A DNA stretch of 56,495 bases, counting the filler, from Stramenopiles sp. TOSAG23-6 (taxonomy: Eukaryota): NCBI GenBank assembly GCA_900128565.1. It is 4 parts of 4 records of this genome, joined end to end, with 100 filler letters (N's around TTAATTAATTAA, not from the genome) between each part and the next. Parts side by side here need not be neighbours in the genome. Positions count along the whole stretch, not along the records: positions 1 to 14,086 come from LT636148.1; 3 more parts are not named here. The stretch is one strand, 5' to 3'. The notes under the pieces are model-generated. The model ran no database searches. It worked only from the letters and a program-made list of their open reading frames with translations, and was not told the DNA's origin. Made by a program: the position numbers and the translations under genes. Positions 1 through 9,260 of this stretch are shown here, one piece after another. Numbering within the stretch: position 1 is the first letter of the stretch; every line of letters starts with the position of its first letter.

Positions 1-390
1 ATAAGTGGTCCAAATCGATCACAGAATGGTGTTGGAGAAACGTTGCTCATTCTATTAAGGGAATGATAACGTAATATAAACAATAGGTTACCCCTGCATA
101 TGTTTAACTGTGAAGAATACTGAACTATAAAACATTCATCTAGAGAGTAAAAGATTACTTCTAGTTCAGGGTAGACACAGTCTCTTGAGATTTAGATTCG
201 ATTGTAGTCTATCATCGCACAAAACACGAAAAACAAATGGCAAAATTACTACAGTACACGAAAAATAATAATAAGTCCAAGATATTACAGAAATTTTTCG
301 AATGTCAAATTTTTTCTATACTTTTGATCGATTGGTGTGACTAGTCTAACAAGAGATAATAAGAAAATAGCGTTTCTTTTAAATTTTAAA

Positions 391-3300
391 ATGTCTGAAT
401 GGTTTCATAATCCAAGAGAAGAAGCAGCCAAAAGAGAGGCCGTAGCTAACGTTGTTGCTGCTACTTTGGCTCTCAGAGAAATAACAGAGTCTGTTTCATC
501 TCTTGACAACGCAGAACGTGACATCCCATGGATTGCCAAATTAGGAAGAGAGATCGTACAATCAATGATTGATTCTATTAAAGTTGGTAAAAATACCAAG
601 CGTTTTGTTGTAAATGGACTACGTGGTCTCGTTGATGAACTTGTCGAATTTCTCAAAATAATTCTTTGTAGAAAGCCTAACAATCAAGTTGCTTCGGGTG
701 GAAAGCCTAACAATCAAGTTGCTTCGGCAATCTTGACTGTCAGCGAAATTTTTTCATACCTTCACTTGGATGTGAGACAAAGCCATGATCGCGATGTTGT
801 GACTGAACTCGCCAGACTACTTACAAATGGTTTATGTTTTCTCTCCAAATCAAAAATGGAGGCTGAACATACAGAGAAGATCACCGAACATACAACTTTA
901 TCCCAGCATGAGCAAATCAATTCGGAACTTCAACTTTATGCTGAGACTACAGGTGGTATTACGATTGATATAAATACATTTCTCAAAGTAGGATCTATAT
1001 ACAATACCAACGAAATAGCCAAACAAAGATCAGAGACTCACGTGGAATGTAGCAACTTATTGATTAACTTGAGTTCCTTACTATTCTCTACTACAAATGT
1101 GACCCTCCAATTTCGAGTAGCGTTTCTCATTTGTACTCTTTGTCTTCAGATGTTTCCAATGACTAAAGGACAATCCAGTAAATGCCAAAAAAAAGATATT
1201 TTATGTTTATTTCAAAATTCAATGAATATGGATACTGCTGGTCAATCTATCGAATTCAATCCTGGTTCTCAAATTGTCAAATTATATGATTCGCAAAAAG
1301 ATGAAATCCAAAATAAGGAATGTGGTATTTATGATTTCGTACATAATACCAATATTTCAAAAAATGATATTTCTGTTGTACATTGTAATGCTGTAAACAT
1401 TTGCACACAAAACTCAACAACTCCGATATTTGNATCAAAAAATTGTCAAGAAGACGTTACAATTGAAGAATGTCATGCTCATTTTGGTACTTTTGATTTG
1501 TATTTTGTACCGTCAAGTTCTTGTCGTTTTGAACTAAGGAATGGACTACCCGCTCTAAATTATTTTGATGTATGGTTTATTTTTTTTTTCAATTTTAATT
1601 TTAATTTTTTTTTCGTACGGAATTTCGTACCTAACGATTGTTTTTGTGATTTTGTATTTTTTCACAACACATGATATTGCATATCTTGAATGGTCTAAAG
1701 AAAATAGAGAGATTGATATAATACTTCGTCATAACGACTTTTCGTTATCAAATCCTATTCTATCAAATCTAAGCACTCTACTTAGTGAAGATAACTCTCA
1801 TATTTCTATTCGACTACGTTTTGATGATCGCGAAGCATTTACACGTAATCTTACTACAATTCGTCGACATATAAATTCTAAATTGAGACCTCGTCAAAGT
1901 GTCTGTCAAAATCGTACGTACAACGTAGCAAGTAGTCTTGCTGCGGGAAATTGTTCTCAAATAATTGCAAATGGTTCCTCTTCAACAGATCCGAAAACAC
2001 CTCTTAATGTACGTTTTCATAATGAATTTAATTTTTTTTAGTTTGTTTTTGCATCATTCACTTCAATTATTAATTATTTGACAAAAATATTGTACTAAAC
2101 TGTTTAAAAATTTATTTTTTTTCACAATACAGCGATTGGAAAATAAACCCGACTCTGATGTACCCGACTCTGATGTACGTTTTCAATTTTTTTCTTAATT
2201 TTTCGTAGGAAATTTTGTACCTAACAGTTTTTTTTCGAAAAAAAAATTTTGAATTTGTTTGTTATTTTTTCGTAGAAAATTTTGTACCTAACAGTTTTTT
2301 TTTTTGAAAAAAAATATTTCTGACAAAATATACGAGTCCTAAAAGTATATTTAATTTTAAAGTAAGTACTGAAATTGAGTGTCAACCGATGATTAATTCT
2401 TCTAAATCTTCTGATCAAATCTCAAAAAAACAATTACATGTCGCGAATCATACTAGTAGTAGTAGTAGGCCAAAAGACCTCTGGAATCTCCGCGGAACTT
2501 TGACATCTGTAACATCAGTTTTGAATGATGCAAATGAAGCAGAACTTAAAGAAGCTTGTAAACAATTAGGATTAAATTCTAATTGTGAACAAAAAGATTG
2601 GATGATCTGTCGTATCCAGGTAGAATTAATAAATTGTGGGAATATTATCAGAGATGATCAAACTATTGTATGTTTTCATGGTTAATTTTTTTTTGCTACG
2701 AAATTTCGTATCTAACGATTTAAAACTAGTTGAATAATTTTAAATTTTGAGGATTTTTTTTCATACGAAATTTTGTACCTAAAAAATTTAATAAAAATAT
2801 ATTTTTCACACTACATGTAAGTGATATATATATAATGTATGCATGCTGATTTTTATTTCGTTTAATCGTATCTAACTTTTTCATCCATGTATCTTTCACA
2901 ACACAGGTATTAAGAAATAATCAAAAACAAGAAACACGAAATGTATCTGATCAAATACAACAAACACAAGATAAAAATAATCAAAAACAAGAAACACAAG
3001 ATAAAAATAATCAAAAACAAGAAACACGACATACATCTGATACTGGTCAATCTGGTTCTGCCCAAGTAGTTAATCTGCCACAGGGACGCCATGATTCGTA
3101 CAGTATATGTAATATTGATGGTGGTGATAAAATACCTCAGATTCCTGGACTTTCACCAAAAGACAAAAGCACATTATACGATTACAAAAAATGGTGGAAA
3201 AACTTGTCTGAAAAACAAAAAATAAAGATGAAATCCGATTATACAACGTTTTTATCAAATAAAGTCCTAATTCGTGCTAAAAAAGCGAGAATGAAACAAT

Positions 3301-5198
3301 GCGTTGATAGTTCTATACCTGTATGGGAAATACAAGACCTTCCATTTGGACAAGCAATGGAGGAGGAGAGATTTCGAACTTATGCCAACCTTTATACAAT
3401 GGGTATGAAAGTCGATGGTGTGCAAGTGAATGCGTTCGACTTTTATATTTTCCAACGATATGAAAGTCAACGTAGAGGTGTCAAAAGTGGACAGTGGGAT
3501 CACTTCAAACCAGTGAGCTTGCATGATTTGACTCTGAATGGACAATTCTACTTATGCTGTAGTTGTCTGCTGTTCGGATTAATTGGGTCAGGGTTACATG
3601 ATTACAAAACAGATTATTTTGACCCTGCATTCACTGAAGATATGTCTCCGATACGGTTTGACACTGCTTTAAATACTATCGTAATCAAGGAAGAATATCC
3701 GCAGAACCCGTTTGAATTGTATAGAATGATGCAAAATCATTTATATGCTAAGTATTCAGCTTTCACCGCTGCCAATGCTGCTGCTGCCGCTGCTCCCGCC
3801 ACAGCTCCCGCCGTGGTAGAGAAATTCAACGACAGTGATACAATAGTATTAAGAAATGTCATTCGTGAATTTGAACAAAAATATTCTCATCTTCCTGCTA
3901 AACGTCAAAAAAAATGGCGGTATATCTTGATGGAAATGCAAGAAAAAGGTCATCTCAAAACCTGGGATGTAAACGACAAAAACCATTGGAAGTATTTACG
4001 ACACAAACACGACAATATACTAACACACATCGAACAAAGTAAATTAGGTCTAGTCAAGAAAAGCAATAAAGAAGATATTTGGACTGATACTGAAAAATCG
4101 AAACTAATGTCTGCGGTGGAATCGCATACAATGGGCAACAAACGTAATTGGAAAAAAATAATTCCGGCTTTTAATGCAGATGGTAACATCAATGAACGTA
4201 CAGTGAAGTCCATTAAGAGCAAGACCTACGAAATTCTTAGGGAACGTCTTAGGGAACGAATACAAAAAGAAAAAGAAGAAGACACCAAGGAAAAATACGA
4301 TGCTGATACATTAAATGCAATAAAAACACGACAAGATTTGAACAGAAATTGGACCGCAGAAAAGGATAAAATACTCTTTACTTTAGTGAAAAAATGTACC
4401 AAATCTAATTCAATGCTGAATTGGCCTAAATTGAAAAAGCTAGCGAAAATACAATTACCTAAACATAATGGAAAATCAATTAGAAATCGCATTAACGATT
4501 ACCATGACATTAATCCAGGTAAACGTTGGATTCCAAAACAGATAAATTGTTTCAAAAATGAACTATGTAGACTGGAATTCAAACCATGTACAAAAGATAA
4601 TTGGAAGAATTTTAAAAAAAATACGAAATATCCTTTCCTGAAGGAAAAGTCTGATAGAGCTTTGGCTAAGAAGGCTCGCAATCTTAAATTAGTAGAAGTA
4701 CCACGTCATCACAAATGGTCGATCGAAAATTACAGCGACATAGTTGACTATGCTGAAAAATATGGAAAAAATTGGTCGACTATCAGAATTGAATTACCTT
4801 GGACCCAAATATTTAAAAATGGCAACCAAGTGTTCCTTGATGCACTTGGTCGTTATCGAAACCCTAGAAGTAAAAGCATGAAGAATAAAATAAAACAAAT
4901 TGATAAATTTAGAAAAGACAGAAACCTGTCCAAACAAAATGACAACAACAAAAAAAGAAAAGCCATAGAAGCATCGCCAGAAGAACCACAAAAAAGACAA
5001 AAATCAACATCAAAACCAAAACCAAAAGAAAACAACAAAAAAAGAAAAGCCATAGAAGCATCGCCAGAAGAACCACGAAAAAGACAAAAATCAACATCAA
5101 ACCCAAAACCAAAAAATTACTCTGAATCAGATGTAATTATAATACATGATTCTGATTCTGATTCTGATTCTGATTCTAATTTTGAATTTGAATGTTGA
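391..5198 (+). CDS. Multi-exon nuclear protein with SAP-like motif and C-terminal Myb/SANT-like repeats; inferred exons 391-1569, 1673-2008, 2133-2174, 2332-2667, 2907-5198
   Basis: ORFs 337, 1565, 2389 and 3204 join in frame after removing the repeated introns. SAP-like ELKEACKQLGL...KDWMICRI; Myb-like WTDTEKSKLMSAVE...NWKKI, WTAEKDKILFTLVKK...NWPKL and WSIENYSDIVDYAEKYGKNWSTI; basic NLS-like tail. Confidence 0.65.
1570..1672 (+). mobile_element. Introner-like intron, GT...AT
   Basis: at|GTATGG...ttcgtacggaatttcgtacctaac...cacaacaCAT|gat; phase 0 join YFD|DIAY links ORF 337 to ORF 1565. Confidence 0.8.
2009..2132 (+). mobile_element. Introner-like intron, GT...AG variant (degenerate core)
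   Basis: at|GTACGTTTTCATAATGAA...tgtactaaac...cacaataCAG|cga; in-frame PLN|RLENK. Confidence 0.7.
2175..2331 (+). mobile_element. Introner-like intron with duplicated core, probable GT...AT
   Basis: at|GTACGT..., two ttttcgtag(g/a)aaattttgtacctaacag cores, ends caaaaTAT|acg in frame with ORF 2389. Confidence 0.65.
2668..2906 (+). other. Compound intron: GT...AT element (2668-2816) directly followed by a GTAAGT...CAG intron (2817-2906)
   Basis: att|GTATGT...cacactaCAT|GTAAGT...tctaac...acaCAG|gta tta aga; removing 2668-2906 is in frame with ORF 3204. Confidence 0.6.
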
Positions 5199-5338
5199 AA
5201 TGAATGTTTTGTGTTGTTCGTTACATCTGATTGATTTTTATTTGCAAATAAAATAGTCATTTATGATGATATATTTTTACTTTTCAAAATGTTTATTAAT
5301 TTATATTGATTTAATTTCTTTAAATGAGTGAATATTTC

Positions 5339-5395
5339 AATTTTGTACCTAACAAATTTAAGTTTTTTTTTTTGAAATATTTTTTCAAAATACAT
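5339..5395 (+). mobile_element. 3' half of introner-like intron (AT acceptor), donor not found
   Basis: aattttgtacctaacaaattt...tgaaatattttttcaaaataCAT|gta tgt gca act ggt. Confidence 0.7.
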
Positions 5396-6732
5396 GTATG
5401 TGCAACTGGTGTTTTACGCCCTCTTGAAACTGATTCTGCTCTAAGAATGATTATTATGGCAATGAGAATGTTGACCTGTATGGATGAAATGAATGAAGAA
5501 TTAGCATTAAATCTTCGAATTCGTATAGGAATGCATTCTGGAGATGTCACTGCCGGAATGATGGGTCAGAAACGGTTGGCTTTTGATTTATTTGGTCCCA
5601 CTGTGGAAATTGCAAATGAAATGGAAGCTGAAGGAGTAGCTTGCCGGATCCATGTCAGTAAAAACACAGTTGACGAAGTGCGAGGATCAAATGTTCATGA
5701 TATGAATGACATTTCATTTGAACCACATCCAAAGGCTGATGCTGACGGATGTATCCCAATTCCTGGGTACGGTTTAATGCAGACTTTTTTAGTCGTTGAT
5801 CATACCAGAGAAAATATTTTACAAAACTCAAAAAATATCAATTCAAATGCATTGCATAAAAAATCAGTAAATACTTCTTCCTCTTTAGGATCAAAATTTG
5901 ATTCTGAAAGTGGTGAAATCTCAGAACAAACAACAATCATTCAACAAAATAGTAATTCGAATAACACTAAAGAGTCATCTACTGTACATGAAGCGGATAC
6001 CAAAAAACTTCAGGAGAATCCAGCTAATATACAAAAAAGTTCAATTTGTAATGTAAGTGGAACGAAATCAAGCACAGGTATATCTAATATTCCACCAAGG
6101 GAAATCAAAGCTCCGTCACGAAAAACATCGACTCACTCCGAATTTACAGAAGAGTTCCCGAATATAATGACGTCACGGGGAAGAACGTCGCAAAAAACAA
6201 ATCACAGTCGTGGAGCTTCACTAAATTTATTAGAACAATTTGCACATTCTAAGAATCAAAGACGGCGTGAATTATCAAGGACTGTTTCTTTTTCATCTGG
6301 TATGTTTTTATTGTTTTTTTTATTTTTATTGTTTTTTTTTANTTTTTTTTTTTNAAATATTTTTATTTTTTTTTATTGTTTTTTTAAAAAAAATATTTTT
6401 ATTTTTTTTTGAAATGAGAAAATTTCATATCTAACATTTTTGTTTTACAAATATTTCTTCAAAATACATGTCGAGGAAAGAATTCTCGTAGAGTTTCATT
6501 TGAGTGTGACAATGACACTGTCGGTGGAACTCAGCAAATTCTAAATTCGTTAGGTACAAAATTTGGTTCGAAGTCAATTTCGAATTTACGCGGTGCACCT
6601 CATCCGGACAATGAAAATGATTCACAAACAAAACTTCCCCTTCATAGAAATAGAAATACTTCAGATGAATTAGAGATAGAGTCTAGTAAATTACGCCATA
6701 TGAGCTCGATGCCTAATATGGGTAGGAAATAG
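5396..6732 (+). CDS. Class III adenylate/guanylate cyclase domain protein, 5'-partial; exons 5396-6299 and 6470-6732
   Basis: VCATG...LRIRIGMHSGDVTAGMMGQKRLAFDLFGPTVEIANEMEAEG...RIHVS is the C-terminal half of a class III cyclase domain. It begins right after an element acceptor (tacat, 5395); no upstream exon is visible. Confidence 0.75.
6300..6469 (+). mobile_element. Introner-like intron, GT...AT (in-frame AG 6 nt downstream is an alternative)
   Basis: tg|GTATGTTTTTA, long T tracts, catatctaac, ttcaaaataCAT|gt; open frame continues to TAG at 6732. Confidence 0.7.
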
Positions 6733-6929
6733 TAAAATAATTTGTTTATTATCTGTTCAGAGTAATTTAAATAAATTGTAATTAAAAGAACACGACATCA
6801 CATTACTAAATTATTGCTTTCTCTTTTTGTCTAGCTAAGCTAGTAGTAGGTGTGTTGAATCTCTCTACTGAATCAATTAGTATAAGTTCGGAAAACGTAT
6901 TTTAGCCTAGATACTATAGATAGTTAATG

Positions 6930-8927
6930 TTAAAACTTCAACATTGAGAGACTTGGTACTTGACGAATTTCAGTTGGAATTGAACCAGATAGTTTGTTGC
7001 CACCCAAGTGCAAAACTTTAAGCTTTGTTAGTTGACCGATTTCCANTGGAATTGGACCAGATAGTTCGTTGTCATTCAACTCCATGCTTTTGAGGTTTGT
7101 TAGTTGACCAATTTCTTTTGGAATTGGACCAGTTAGCATGTTTCTTAACAAGTATAACCAAATGAGGTTTGTTAGTTGACCGATTTGCGTTGGAATTGGA
7201 CCAGATAGCTCGTTGTTACTCAAACTCAAACGTCTGAGCGTTGTTAGATGACCAATTTCTTTTGGAATTGGACCACTTAGTTTGTTATCAGACAAGCTCA
7301 ACTCTGCGAGCTTTGTTAGTTGACCAATTTCTTTTGGAATTGAACCAAATAGGTTGTTTTCATCCAATGTCAAGTGATTGAGATTTGCTAGTTGACCAAT
7401 TTCTTCTGGAATTGCACCAGATAGTTGGTTGCTTCTCAAGTACAAATATTTAACATTTGTTAGTTTACCAATTTGATTTGGAATTGTACCAGTTAGTTTG
7501 TTGCCGTGCAAGTACAAACCCCGAAGATTTGTTAGTTGACCAATTTCTTTTGGAATTGGACCACTTAGTTTGTTGCCGTCCAAGTACAAATATTCGAGCT
7601 TTGTTAGTTGACCAATTTCCTTCGGGATTGAACCAGTTAGTTTGTTATCATTCAAATTTAATCTTTTGAGATTTGTTAGCTGACCAATTTCATTTGGAAT
7701 CGGACCAGATAGTTTGTTTCTGTACAACCACAATGTTTGGAGATTTGATAGTTGACCAATTTCATTTGGTATTGAACCAGTTAGTTGGTTGAGACTCAAG
7801 TCCAAATCTTCAAGACTTGTTAGCTTACCGATTTCCGTTGGAATTGTACCAGATAGATTGTTCTTTGACAAAGCCAACCATTGGAGATTTGTTAGTTGGC
7901 CAATTTCCGTTGGTATTGAACCAGTTAGTTCGTTGTGTGACAAGGCCAAAACTTCGAGATTTGTCACTTGACCAATTTCTTTTGGAATTGAACCAGATAG
8001 TTTGTTGAAAACGAAATTTAATTCTTTAAGACTTGTTAGTTTACCAATTTCTTTTGGTATTGAACCAGTTAGTTGGTTGAGACTCAAGTCCAAATCTTCA
8101 AGACTTGTTAGCTTACCGATTTCCGTTGGAATTGAACCAGATAGGTCGTTGGCATTCAAGTCCAGTGTAGTAACACTTCCTTCAGTACACGTAACTCCAT
8201 ACCATTTACAAATATCTAAATCTGTGTTCCAATTATCTTTACGCTTCCATTTTTTTCCATTTGTTTTTTTATACAATACAGTTAAAAATTCTCTTTCCAA
8301 TAACTTACGATGAATACCTTCTACACGTCGTAGCCATTTGTCACAGGGTTCGTTTTTATTTCTTGTAAGAGTGGTTATCTTTTCCTTGAAGCGTTCAAAA
8401 CTTTCAAAAAACATTTTGTGAATTCTTTGTAAACGGTGAAGCCACTTCAATAAAGGTAATCTTCTGAAGAGCCTATGTTTGATATGTTTTTTCAAATGTT
8501 TGATAAGTTCTTCCTTTTTATCTTCAGTGGTGTATCCTCCAAATATTTGGACAACTCTTGCAACAGTTTTTGATAAGTAATTTTCATAATATTCATCATC
8601 TTGCTTTACATCTTGGCTGATATGCTGATGTAGCGCACGATTAGTAGCAGACAGAGATACTATGTCAGAAGCCGTGAGAAAATGTCTCCTTAGATGACGC
8701 ATACCAGGATTCGTCAACTTTTGCACATTGACCGCATTGACATATTGTTGATTGGCAGCTTCATGCACAATAGAACCACGCGCTCGTTCAGCTGCGGTGA
8801 GAAACGAGGACTCAATGTGATTTTCTTGTGAAGGCTTTGACGGCTTTGACTCTGAAGCATTGTAATTGTAGAGAATAAACGTTAATAACCCTAAGCCTAA
8901 TACCATGTACTCAGTGAATCTTTTCAT
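6930..8927 (-). CDS. Leucine-rich repeat protein: N-terminal hydrophobic segment, LRR N-cap, 17 x 24-aa plant-type LRRs; intronless
   Basis: Repeats LxxLxLxxNxLSGxIPxEIGQLT; cap LYKKTNGKKWKRKDNWNTDLDICKWYGVTC; N-terminal MVLGLGLLTFILY. Confidence 0.9.
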   Translation of the reverse strand: MKRFTEYMVLGLGLLTFILYNYNASESKPSKPSQENHIESSFLTAAERARGSIVHEAANQQYVNAVNVQKLTNPGMRHLRRHFLTASDIVSLSATNRALHQHISQDVKQDDEYYENYLSKTVARVVQIFGGYTTEDKKEELIKHLKKHIKHRLFRRLPLLKWLHRLQRIHKMFFESFERFKEKITTLTRNKNEPCDKWLRRVEGIHRKLLEREFLTVLYKKTNGKKWKRKDNWNTDLDICKWYGVTCTEGSVTTLDLNANDLSGSIPTEIGKLTSLEDLDLSLNQLTGSIPKEIGKLTSLKELNFVFNKLSGSIPKEIGQVTNLEVLALSHNELTGSIPTEIGQLTNLQWLALSKNNLSGTIPTEIGKLTSLEDLDLSLNQLTGSIPNEIGQLSNLQTLWLYRNKLSGPIPNEIGQLTNLKRLNLNDNKLTGSIPKEIGQLTKLEYLYLDGNKLSGPIPKEIGQLTNLRGLYLHGNKLTGTIPNQIGKLTNVKYLYLRSNQLSGAIPEEIGQLANLNHLTLDENNLFGSIPKEIGQLTKLAELSLSDNKLSGPIPKEIGHLTTLRRLSLSNNELSGPIPTQIGQLTNLIWLYLLRNMLTGPIPKEIGQLTNLKSMELNDNELSGPIPXEIGQLTKLKVLHLGGNKLSGSIPTEIRQVPSLSMLKF

Positions 8928-9260
8928 TTTGTGCTTTAACAACAATCAAAAAGTAATACCTTTATGAGTGTTACACAATTAGTTACGCGAGAACGACTTG
9001 ATGATCTGCGTCGATCGAGAGCTGACTCTCTCTGATCATGCTGAGGACACCACGCCACGATTTCGTGCATACGCGCCGCACCGCGAATTATTACCCACGA
9101 TTTCGTGTTCACATGATCAAGAATACGAATGATCCAATTTCAAATCAAAAATAAAAAAATTAATTTCAAAGAAAGAGGCGCGCATTTTCGCTTTTGAATA
9201 AGATAAAGAAATCGATTGGTTTGTGTGTGGTTCCTTTGGAAAGAATGTTCAATTAGTTTC

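Noticed and set aside
1570-1674. Recurring FFSYEILYLT / FVRNFVPN / LLGTKFRTK peptides as a protein domain
   Set aside because: They are read-through translations of the intron element in different frames.
4940-5115. 90-nt coding duplication (NNKKRKAIEASPEEP x2) and other short duplications at ~671-727, ~2916-3030 and ~55887-55942
   Set aside because: Ordinary local tandem duplications in low-complexity regions.
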